A stretch of 63,524 bases of DNA, the filler included, from Saprolegnia diclina VS20 (taxonomy: Eukaryota), in assembly GCF_000281045.1 (NCBI RefSeq). It is 4 parts of 3 records of this genome, joined end to end, with 100 filler letters (N's around TTAATTAATTAA, not from the genome) between each part and the next. Parts side by side here need not be neighbours in the genome. Positions count along the whole stretch, not along the records: positions 28,543 to 60,247 come from NW_008246120.1; 3 more parts are not named here. One strand, written 5' to 3'. Shown in pieces: positions 41,138-52,550 of this stretch (within the stretch, counting starts at the first letter, position 1; every line of letters starts with the position of its first letter). The notes under the pieces are model-generated. The model saw only the letters and a list, made by a program, of their open reading frames with translations. It was not told where the DNA came from and did no database searches. The translations under genes and the position numbers were made by a program.

Positions 41138-42430
41138 CGAACGGTCCGTTTCCTTGGGTGGCAATTGGCAAGTGGCCGCTTTCGAATTTTAGTTGAAGCA
41201 GAGGCCGGCCTCGTGTCAAAAAGGGGTGGAAACCACCCGTTTCTGGCACGGCCATCTCTGCCGATAGGACTAGGACTTGGCCTACTCTAAATAAACTGGC
41301 CAATCCCATCGCGGCGCCCGATCTGTCATCTGCCGGATAACATCCGGATCGATCACGCGATTCGTTTAGCGTCCGGGCGAGGCGCATCATCCGGAGTGTC
41401 CCGCACCAATCGGATACCGGGACATGCGGGGAACTGGCAAGAAGACTTCACGTCATCGCAGCTGGTCTCGCTTCACGATGGTGTTATCATACTGGCGCCT
41501 AGTCCTTTTGACTCTGAAAATCCAGAGTTGTGCGTCGAGAACCGAGAGCTGGGTGCGTCGCTACCAAACACGGTTGCGGCTCGTGGACGTCGCATGCGAG
41601 AAGGCCAGTTGACCAGAGTGATTGTCACATGCATCGCACCGCGACCCGTGAAATCGCACTTTAACGCGAAAAACCCATGCAGGCCCAACAGAGCGTTAAA
41701 GTCCCCTCTCATTCAGAGTCCGAAGGTTCGGCAGAAGCATCGTATCAAACTCGTTCGCCAAGCAACGACGATAGCTGATGACAGGCTGCGCTGCAAGAAG
41801 TATGCACTACGATCGTCGTTGTGGTGGCGGCCTACGCGCCGGCACACCTTGATCATGTCCACGCGCGCAATGATTCGGCGCTGCTGACGCTTGCCGTAAT
41901 ACGTGTCGTACACGTGAGTCCTCATGTCGTCCTCGCTATGTGATGCGTTTTGCAACTTCAAGCCGTAAGCGAGTCGTCGTGTTGTTATTGGACCGCAGTG
42001 GTTTGCGATAGCTCGTGCAATGATGATGTGTTGCTGGCGCCTTCGTTTTCCATTCCTCGTTTTGCGTCAAGCTGGTCAAGCAAGCAACGCCTTGGGGCGC
42101 AAACCCTCGTAAAACGCGTTAAAGCTTAAACTTAAACGCGACACCCGTTCGTGGTGTCCCAAGGATGAGGATCACCAACACCGCGAGCAACCTCCACTGG
42201 CCTTCTTGAACCTCCACGCGAAGGAATGTGACTGGCAACGAGCGGCTCGGTCGTGGGCGCCACTTGACGTTGTGCATTCGAGCAACAGCACATGCAACGC
42301 ACGCCCATGCACTGTCGTGTGCGTTCTTTATCCTCCAAGGTCCATCATGAACTGCTTAGATCTTAGTTCTTATTGGACCTTCTCGCTATCTGCAGCTACC
42401 GATTGTGCGTTCGAGTATGCAGCCGCGACG

Positions 42431-42798
42431 GAGAGAAAAACTCAGCTCAAGTGTATGGCGCGTCATGGGACATCCGCGAACGCTTTGCTTCATCCTCGTT
42501 TCGATCTCCATCCCGCCCGTCCCTTNNNNNNNNNNNNNNNNNNNNNNNNNNNNNNNNNNNNNNNNNNNNNNNNNNNNNNNNNNNNNNNNNNNNNNNNNNN
42601 NNNNNNNNNNNNNNNNNNNNNNNNNNNNNNNNNNNNNNNNNNNNNNNNNNNNNNNNNNNNNNNNNNNNNNNNNNNCGTCCGAAGACGCGCCGCAAGAAGT
42701 CGGTCTCATAAAGAACCTCTCGCTATGGTTGCGTCATGTGCTTGAGGTCTCTCGACCGGTATCGCATCGGACTTTGGCTAGTGGCATCATCGGACGCC
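42431..42798 (+). repeat. Dispersed direct repeat, copy A (gap 42526-42675 inside)
   Basis: 42431-42525 identical to 45492-45586; 42732-42798 nearly identical to 45822-45889. Confidence 0.85.
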
Positions 42799-45490
42799 TA
42801 GGCCGCGCAGGCGCGCCGAGGCTGCGAGCTGCGTCTCTGCCCCATAAGATGTAGACTACGCTAGACTAAGATGCAAACATGCAGGGGAGAGGGACGACAG
42901 AGGCCGCGGCCGCAACCGCCGTGGCTCGCGCTAGCCGCACACTACCATGAAGGCGAAAATGGAAATGCCCATCCGGATATCAAACACGAACGGGATTGGT
43001 CAAAACCAGTCGATTTATACGCGAATCGCAACACTGCTGGAAGATCGCGAAAATTCGAACCGAGGATCACACGAGCTCCACGGGCAATGCTTCACAGAAG
43101 AAGACGCAACATCGTGACAATGCCTGGTACTACTAAGACCAACGGAGCGTCTGACCCGAGTATGACTCGTTGGTAGTCGATGTGGTTCGATGGACGGACC
43201 CGGCCCTCCTACTACTCGTAAAATATCGAAAGCCTCCCGCAAAAGCTCAGTATCCACCTGACGTAATCAAGAACCGGTCGCCGTGCTTTCGTCAGACTCT
43301 GCGATTGTGGATGTGATTCAGATCCCAAGTTTGCGAGAAGGTCGCAGTTCCTACCATTGCGTTAGAGGCGTGGGAAGTTGCAACCCCGAAGACTGATGTT
43401 CTTCGCCGAGAAGTCTCGTGACTCGCGGCGCCTATCTCCTAAAGTGCACCTTGACTGCGTGAGAACTTGGACATACCTCTTAATCTGCTTCGTGAGCCGC
43501 CCATCCACTGAGGCTTGGACCAGAATGAGTTGTATGAGGCGGCTTGGGCAAGGTCCTGCGGCGTTGAAGCAGTCCCATGGACAAGGTGGCAAAAGTCACT
43601 GGCGATCGAGCTTTTGTTGATGGCAACCTGAACCCTTTCAGGAAGATGCACACGTAACGACAATCACCTGAAACTTGTGAGCAAGGGAAAGAAGAACAGT
43701 CTTGCCAGTGAGCGCCCGTACGTCGAACACTGCCGCAGCACCAAGGCGCCCTCCATGCCCTCTACCAACCAGCAATCACCATACACTGCATATCGAGAGC
43801 TTGCACGCAGCACTGTGAAGCTGCACCTTCCTCACCACATATTTGCGTGCCTCAAGTGCCGCAACCGTAGGAAGTAGGAGGATGCCAGTGAAGCCGTCGC
43901 CGCGCTTCCAATTTACGGTTGGGCTCAAATCCTGGTGCGGTGACTCTTCTTGAGGCCTGCTCCGCGTTACTCGTCGTTCCCGTGGTCTCGCGCCGGGGCT
44001 GGCGACGGTGACGTGCAAGTGCACAGCGGGAGGTTGCTCGACGTACCGAGCTGCGTGAGCTACAAGACTCCCTCGCTCAGTGCAGACGCAAGCGGGATCA
44101 GTATCCACGCGAGTGGGACAAATGCTGACTTGACGACCGAGCCAAAGCCGCAACATGACTATAGGTCGCCGTCAACGAATCGCCCACCTCGCACCGGTGG
44201 AAGCAGATGCATTCACGAAGGACGCTGCATCGGCCCACGACGCCAAAGAAGTCGTCGTTAATGATCTGACATCCGCTTTGCAACAAACGTGACCCTCACG
44301 CCGGGCTCAACGTCGACCTTGTCCACGAGCGGACACGCATCCCGGAGCCGGAGCTCGATAAAGCTCTCGCTGGCGCCTACGACCTTGGTAAACCGTCGGT
44401 TGTGCTTCCCCGTCCAAGCCGTTCACAGTGAAGGACGAAATCGAGCAAGTGTGAGAAGCAATTGGCGAGCGCTGGAAAGCTGAAGCCACGCAAAGAACAG
44501 AAGCCCCTTTGATATCATGGTCTCGAAGGATTGCGCAACATGATTGACCCATCACTCTGTCTCTAGTTTCGGCACGGTTGCCACATTTAAAAAGCATGCC
44601 ACATCGTACTGGGGTATCTTATTGGCTACAAAGTTCTGATTTGTGGCCAATCACATGAGATTGGCTTCGCCTCGCCTGGCGCTCCTCGGTGAGCGACAGC
44701 TTTGGACGTCCAAATCAAGTTTCAAACGGATTCGCTCTAGTTTTGCACACAGATAGAAGACTCTTTGGAGAGTACGTTGCGCTAAGTCGCATTGTCAGGC
44801 GACGCGCTCAGCACGAGAAATGACCATTCTTACTAATAATGGCAACCGCCAATTATAACCATTTATAGTATCTAAATGTGGCTATTCATGGCATGCGCCA
44901 CGATGTACAAACGCAGATCCCGCCCTCGGCTTGGCGTCATAATGCTGCAAAAATCGAGCCTACCGCGCCACTAGCTGGCGCTAATACATGTACTATCCGC
45001 CTTCGTATCTCTTGCGGTTCTTGACCACCTAGCTACTAGCAGCGATCCACCTGTACCTAGAGGATGGTGTCGATGCGGCACACGGTGAGCGCATTGCCCG
45101 CGTGCATGCTCGCTCTCATCCCACTGCTATCGCTCGTCGATCGTCTGACGCCGGCCGCGCAGCGCTGCGCAATGGCCGCTCGAGGCCTTCGACAGCCTTG
45201 CGCACGTGCTGCTGCTACCGATACTGTTGCACGAAGCGCCGGGTGTGCGCAGCCGGGTGTTGTACGCGATACAGTAGTCGGGTACAGGAGGCGTGCCGCA
45301 GAGGGGCCGTGGGCGCCACGGGCCAGTCTGCACCTGCAAGGGAACGGAGCAGCCTCGATTATCGCCGACACGCGCTATGCAAAGCACAATACACGCTGCC
45401 CACTTCACGTTAGTAGTGTAGAGGATCAAGGACTACCGGTACGTATATCAACAAAGCACAATCGAAATACGCAGAAATACAAGTGCAAAA

Positions 45491-45890
45491 TGAGAGAAAA
45501 ACTCAGCTCAAGTGTATGGCGCGTCATGGGACATCCGCGAACGCTTTGCTTCATCCTCGTTTCGATCTCCATCCCGCCCGTCCCTTNNNNNNNNNNNNNN
45601 NNNNNNNNNNNNNNNNNNNNNNNNNNNNNNNNNNNNNNNNNNNNNNNNNNNNNNNNNNNNNNNNNNNNNNNNNNNNNNNNNNNNNNNNNNNNNNNNNNNN
45701 NNNNNNNNNNNNNNNNNNNNNNNNNNNNNNNNNNNNNNNNNNNNNNNNNNNNNNNNNNNNNNNNNNNNNNNNNNNNNNNNNNNNNNNNNNNNNNNNNNNN
45801 NNNNNNNNNNNNNNNNNNNNNCGTCATGTGCTTGAGGTCTCTCGACCGGTATCGCATCGGTTTTGGCTAAGTTGACATCATCGGACGCCA
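45491..45890 (+). repeat. Dispersed direct repeat, copy B (gap 45587-45821 inside), bounded by TG...CA
   Basis: Matches copy A on both sides of the gap; both gaps open after the same ...CCCGTCCCTT. Confidence 0.85.
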
Positions 45891-46050
45891 TGCCCATGGA
45901 AGGGCGAGGCCGAAGCCTGCCCGCGCGCGTGCTGCCGCCACAGAGCGAAAATGGAAATGAGCGGAGGCCACACCTCGCAAGGCCATTGGTAGAAAAACAT
46001 AGTTTTTAGCCAATCAATGTACGTGAGAATGCAGTCGGTATCTTGCAGGC

Positions 46051-48507
46051 ATGGCCCGGGCGCTGACCGCGGAAGACATTGTACGCCGACGTCGTGCCAC
46101 GTGTGCTCAAGCCAATCGCGTAGACGCTAGCCACGGGCGAGACTGACCACGCGCGCCTCGTCACGATCGAGATCATCTTTGGCGTCTTTGAAGCAATCGG
46201 CGGCTTGGACGGCTGCGTCAACCTTTGCAGCCTCACGCGTACGTGGTCGTGCTTGCTATGTACTGACTGGCCATGTGTGCGTAGTGCTCAACTGCCGCTT
46301 GCAGCGCATCTCGCAGTTGGCGCCCGTGTCGCTGACGCTGACGCGGCTCTGCCTCTCGGACCAAGAGCTCACGCGCATCGAGGGGCTCGCACTGCCCAAC
46401 TTGCGCCAGCTGCTCCTCGATCGCAACCGCATTCGTGTCATCGAAAACCTCGATGGGTAGCGCTCCGTGTGCGTATGTAGTCGCGTGACGCTGTCGTTGC
46501 AGGTGCCCGAAGCTGCAAAAGCTATGGCTGAGCCACAACTGCCTCACAACGATTGCCAACCTCAGCGCGTGCGCCGACCTGCGCGAGCTGTGGCTGCAGG
46601 TACGACCTTGCCCTCTCTACTGTTGAAAGCGCCATATTCGTGCACAGAACAACCAAATCCAAAAGCTCGGTGACGGCCTTACGAAACTCACGCATCTCCA
46701 CAGTCTGGCACTCGGTGGCAATGGCCTTTCTGACTTTGCCGACCTCGCGACGCTGTCGCACTTGCCCAACCTCTGCAGCCTCTCGCTCGACGACGCACAT
46801 TACGGCGCCAACCCCATCACGCGCGCGAAGGGCTACCGAACGTACATTCTAAACCAACTGCCACAGGTTGTACAATCGAGCCTTTTCTGCGGCAGCACGG
46901 AGATATTCTGGCCAGGTGCGCGTTCTCGACGGACTCGAAGTCGCGGCCAAAGACCAGCACGCCGCCGAGGACGCCTACTTTAAGCGAGTGCGTCCATACT
47001 ACGAGGGACCTCGATCGACCGAGAGAACGTAGGTGCTTGCGTTCAACGACCGCATCGATGCGATTCAGCAAGACCACGAGCGCGCGCTGTCGACGATCGA
47101 CTCGCGCCGCCACCGCAACCAGTCGCATGCGGACGTGTTGCAGCACGTACGCTGACCAACATCGGAAGCCAACCTTTGTTCATGTCGGCGCAGGAGCTCC
47201 TCGCGGCCTTCACGACCCTCGAAAAAAGCGTTCAGAAAGGACGGGCCGCCATAGCCGCCGAAGAGACGCGCCAGGCGCTGCTCCGCGAGAAGCATGCGAC
47301 CGCGCTCCAGCATACGTTGGAGGCGCTTCACGCCGAGTACACTGCCCACGTAGATATGGTGCTGCGTCGTGAGACTGAGGCTGCTGCCCACACAGTACCA
47401 GTCACACTGTATGCTGAAAATGAAAAACCCAGTGCGTAGGACGCCATGTTTGAGATTCTCGACGCGCGGATCGCGGCCGAAGAAGAGCACGCAATAGCTG
47501 TCGCGGCGGCGCAGGCGGCGTATCCCCACTACGCCTTTCATCGCGTGCCCGTGGCCAGTCCCGAGTGTCGGTGCCTCGCTGCGCTCTTTGCTGCGCCGCC
47601 GCAGGTTGCCGTCAATGGCTCATAACCCGTAGCATCTCACCTTGACAATGACCAGACAACCCCCGAGGCGGACGACGTCAAAGTGCTGCAGGTCTATCGA
47701 TGCCAAGGACCTGGATGTGCGCCGGCACCGGCACCAAGCGACCTCCTCTTTGGTGTTGTTCACGAGTTGGTGGCGCCGACGACGACGCCGCTCGTGCTAT
47801 GCGCGACGCCGTGGCTCGCGATGGCATGCCACGACCGCATGTCGCCGCGTAGCGCCCGTCGCCACCGCCATGTGCTACTTGCCAAGGCCCCAACGACGAT
47901 TGCAACTGTCATCGAATGGCGAGACGTGGCGTCGATCGACGACCTCCCTACCGCGATCGCGTCCCTGGACCTGCCACGAGACTCCAATGCATGGGTGCAG
48001 GTGCGTCCACTGACTGCTCGCTGCATTCGTCATTGAGATGAGCAAAGGTACACTATCAAATCGGCAACCAGCAAGGACGAGCATACTGTCTGGCACCTGG
48101 TGGGAATGCGCTGGTTGAGGCGGCGCCCGAGTACTATTGCACGACGTTTGCGACGCCAGCGGCCATGAGCGAAGCCGACCTCGAGGCTTTGATGGCATCG
48201 ACGTTGCCCGAGCCGGCGCTGGAGACTGCGGACATGATGGACGGCGACTTGACGCTCCTCGATGGCTACGACGGGCGGCTGCAAAGCGCACTGGCCGCGT
48301 ACACCGAGGCGCTCTGGGCAGACGTGGGACCGCGCGCCAAGGCCAAGGAGCCGGACGACCGCAAGCGCGTGGCCAAGCTGCAGGCGTCCATTCAGCACGA
48401 ACAAGAGACGCAGGTACGACGCAGCTCGGTTTGCGTCCAGTTCGATTTTTCTGCATTTTTAGAAGGCTACCTTGCGCCAGCAACTCCACAAGAGCACGAA
48501 ACGCTGA
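46051..48507 (+). CDS. SDS22-type leucine-rich-repeat protein (LRRC9-like), multi-exon
   Basis: LPNLRQLLLDRNRIRVIENLDG, CPKLQKLWLSHN, LRELWLQNNQI; LRRcap NPITRAKGYRTYILNQLPQVRVLDG followed by coiled coil. Confidence 0.8.
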
Positions 48508-48544
48508 CGCGATTGTAATAATAATAATATTATTAGGAGTCAAC

Positions 48545-51415
48545 TCAAAACGTATCGCCGATGGTTGGTTCTTTGAGTTTGAGTTCTTCGCGTTTTGTCG
48601 ACTGGGACGGGCGACGGAGCGGTGGGAGGTAGTCGCGCGGACTCTGGAGCTCGGCCGGCACGGTAAGCAAGGACCGGCGCGGGCGCTTGGGCGGCGCTGG
48701 TGTCTTGGCCACGGGCGGCAGCCCACCTGCCCCCGGTGCGATCGATGCACGCCGACGGCCCGGCGACCGGCGGTAGATCGATTTCTTGCGGCTCTTGGCC
48801 GCCCGCGACCGGTGGCGCAAGAGGTGGCCGCGGAACGCCGCTTGAATGGCCGTCGCCGATTGATGGACAAGCGCCATGTCCCGGTCGTAGCGCAGCCGCT
48901 TGAGCCGCATCTTGGCGAGGAGACAGCGCGCAAGGCACTGGATCGCGACCACTGCCGTCGTTTGCAGTGCCCGGAGCGCCGAGTTGCGAATGGTTTGAAG
49001 CGCTCGGCGCTGCTCAAAACCGCGGTAGCAGCTCTGTATCGCAATCGCAGCGCGCGTCTTGAGGCGGAGCTGCCGCAAGTGCTCGGCCTTGGCGCGCTCG
49101 GCCTGTGCGAGCCGCTCAAGGCGGCGCTGTCGGCCCATCGCGCGGTACACCTCGGTCATCTTGCGTTCCATGCCTTCCTTCATGGCCTCGTCTTGCTGGA
49201 CCTTGCGGCGCGTTGCCTCGAGGTACTGCTGCTTGGCACGTTCGTAGCTCATGGCCTGCGACATGCGGAACTGGCGTTGGATCTTGCGTGCAGACCGGAA
49301 CACGAGGAACGTTCTCGCCAAAAGCTCGTTCTTGATCGTGGTGGCGACGCCTTTTGCGCAATGCCCGCGGTAAACCCGCTACCGGTCCCACATTGCACAT
49401 TGTGGAATGTAGGTCCAGATCCGCACCTGAATGTTGGTCGCGGCGTCGTGCGCACGTTGCAAGAACCGCATGAGATGGGTGCAGATGGCGAGGCGGGACT
49501 TGAACCGGCGGTACTGCACCTGGATCTTGAGCACGTGCGGTTGCAGTGGGTGCTGGCGCGTCGGGTCGGGTGGTCGCCGCACGAGCACGTGGCCGCGTCC
49601 GCGTTGTTTAGTCGAGACAAACGCTGTGAGTGCCTCGCGCTTGGCCGCGTCTTTGGTCGCTAGCTCCTGCACATTGACGCGGAGTGCAGTCGCTTGAGAG
49701 GCCGGAGCTGGCGGCAGCCGCGCCGGATCTTCTTGCTTGGCGCGCAGCAAAATCTTGCGCTTTAGAACTGTCTCTTTGGACGTATCCAGCACTTCGTTGA
49801 AGATATCGTCGACCGACTAGGCTCATGCGTAAGCAACTCAACAGGGCGTGTATCGATAGGATACATACCTCGTGTTGGCGAATGCTCGTGAACGGATCGT
49901 ACGAGCTCACATACGCATCTCGGCGCTCCATCGCGAGTCTGTCGTCTTCGGCCACCCGCGCGTCTTCGTCCAGAAGGCGGTCGATTGCGGCGGCGACGAT
50001 GGGGTCGTTGGTGTTGATGCCATTCACAGGCGGTAAGGGGATCGTGCTCAAGAACGGAAGAATGATCGGGTACATGGCGTCGGCCACACGCGGCTCCATC
50101 GTATACGCATAGCTACCGACATCGTCGTCCGTCAGAAACGTCGTGAACCCGGCGCTATTGTCGCATGGCAGGAGGAGCGGGTGCGGCTGCACCTCGCGTC
50201 CAAGCAGCAAGCGCAGCGCGAGGCCTAGGAAGAGTGGTCGCACGTCCGACTGCATCTTGAGAAGGTAGTTGATGCCGCTATAGACAAAGGGCTGTCGGCG
50301 TGGTGGCGAGCCTCGCAGTGCATGCCGCACCGGCGTCTCGAACAGTATCGTCCACGCCTCGATGGCCAGCACGACGTCGATCGTCGCTCGCTGAAAGGTC
50401 GGGAGGACGCGAACGAGGTCGGCCATCGCGCGCTGTAGCTTCCGGACGCTTGCGTCGCGCTTGGCGACGAGCGATTGCAGCTCGGCCTTGCGCTTCGCCT
50501 TCTTGCTACTAGGTGGTGGCGGCGTCTCCAACGACATGAGCGTCTCAGACGTGTGGCTCGCCCGCCGGCTGATCGGCGCCGGCGTCACAGCGGCGCGCAC
50601 ATGGAGAACCGCTTCATCGATTTGAGTTACGAGCCGCCCGAAGCGCTCCAAGAGAGCTTCGCGCACCATGATGCACTTGATGACGTCCATTTCCGCCACA
50701 AGCTGCGACGACGTGACGTCGCCCGAGTGCACGGACGCCGCACCATCGGACAAGACGAGGGAGCGCGGTGGTGTCGCCCGCGGAAGCTTGGCTTTGGCTT
50801 GCGCACTTGTCCAAATCGCACGGTTGGTGCGCGAGTAGCCACGGCTGAGGTCGATCAACGGCACGGTGGCAGGTAGCGCCGTGGGTGGTCGGGGTGGTGA
50901 CGCCAACTGCAAACTCGGTGGTGGCAACGGGTCGTCGTCGTCGTCGTACGGCAGGTGGTCGCTCTGGGATCGGTGCAAATGCGGTGACTCGGTCGTTTGG
51001 TTGCTGGACGACGTCATTTCAGATGTCTACGCATGGTGCACAGGATTACATGACATGGTGCTGTCAAGCCACGTACACTGGCGGAGCGAAGGTTGCCTCC
51101 AACTCGCTTGCGCTGCGTGATGGTGTCAACAAGGGTTACACGGTGCACGAGGTTCGAGCTCGGCCCCGGAATCTCAATCGAGCTCGGCTCGTCCTCGAGC
51201 GCGGGCTCATCAACGGGAGGCGGTTGCACCTTGCGCCGCACAACCCGTGGCGGCGGTGTTGCCGATGGTGTCGGCAGATGGGGCTTCCCGCGATGCACCT
51301 TGGACTTGCGGATACGCTGAACGTACGAAGAATGTGTCGTCGCTGTCGCTGTCGCCAGAGCGACAGCCTCGGCGCTGCCGATGGTCAGCCCGAGCGTCGC
51401 ATCGTCGAGACCCAT
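48545..51415 (-). CDS. IQ-motif (calmodulin-binding) protein, multi-exon; start approximate
   Basis: IQSCYRGFEQRR, IQCLARCLLAK, IQAAFRGHLLR, IQVQYRRF, IQRQFR motifs. Confidence 0.75.
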
Positions 51416-52550
51416 GTCCAGGGTCCAAAATAGCCCGCCATCCGTTTCGACCAAGCACTGATATGCTGTTTCACGCACTTGACGTCAATGGCCCACGCAC
51501 ATCTGGCTCACGTTGGAGCCCACGTACTGTTCGCCGCAAAATTACCTCGCAAACATGCGCGTTCCGTGCGCCATACACTGTAGCGCACATGGACGACGCC
51601 GCTGCAGAGGCTTGCAGCAGCCGTGTGGACGGGCATATCGAACGCCAGAAATTAGACCGCAAGCAACTGTCCCGTCCCACTGTGCAAAGCTACTCGGCTA
51701 CTCGAGTAGCTGCAACGTGCCACCTCGCCACAAGTGGCAAGTGACGATGGTCGGCACGAGCTGCACGTAATGATTGCACGTAGCGCCTTGACGTCAAGCA
51801 CGTAGCAGCGACCTACGCATGTATGTGGGCAGCCAAGACATTGCGAGATCGAGCCGTGCAGAGTCGGTCTCGAGGAACGGGTTCCAACGGCGAGGTGGCG
51901 AGGCGTGGGCGTCGGCGGGGGGTTTCCGTGGAGATTTTGACGCTGCGCCGCCGTTTCCTCAGAGAAGAAGAAGAAGTCGACGTTGATGGTTGTCTCGGAG
52001 AAGCGTCTCCGAGGATGGCGCCAGGCTGGCGACAGTGGCGTCGGCATATTCTTCGCGTCGCGGTCGGCGCAGTGATCTCCGGCAACGGCAACTTGAGCTG
52101 GACGCACGCAAATAGTGTATGTTTGCCGTTTCATGCCCGTCGATGGCTACCGCGCCGTCGCAGACGAGGTAGACGGACACGCTATTACCAAGGGCGTCGA
52201 CCACAACGTTTACGAGATGGCGGCCACTCCCCCTCGCAAGGGCCAGTGCGAGTGGCGGACCAAGTTGCCCCCAGTTGCAGCCGCCTGTTGGACGTGTAGA
52301 GGTCGGCTGTGTTGGACGAGGCACGGTATCTCGGTGCAGTAGCATCCTCTTCCTCTGGCGCTGGCCACCGCAGTTGCCAGCACATACCGTAGGTCCCGGC
52401 GCTTCAAGGAAACCAAGTAATAGTGTGGAGTCCAGAGAAAATACAGTGTATCCAGGACAAGTTTCGAAATCTGGAGCCGACCACTGTCGTTTCGGTGACG
52501 CACGAGCTTCCAGCTGCGTACTTCTGCTTTCGCGCCGCATCGAGCAGTCG

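Noticed and set aside
42676..42740. Peptide SEDAPQEVGLIKNLSL resembling the RNA polymerase second-subunit GLxKNLSL motif (possible viral relic)
   Set aside because: Only about 8 matching residues next to a gap, flanks do not continue the similarity; chance match likely
43776..44483. Fragmented, somewhat coding-like stretch between the direct repeats
   Set aside because: Interrupted by stops with no identifiable family; cannot be called a pseudogene or TE ORF
51652..52342. Short ORFs between the IQ gene and the ABC transporter
   Set aside because: No motifs, inconsistent frames; treated as the divergent promoter region
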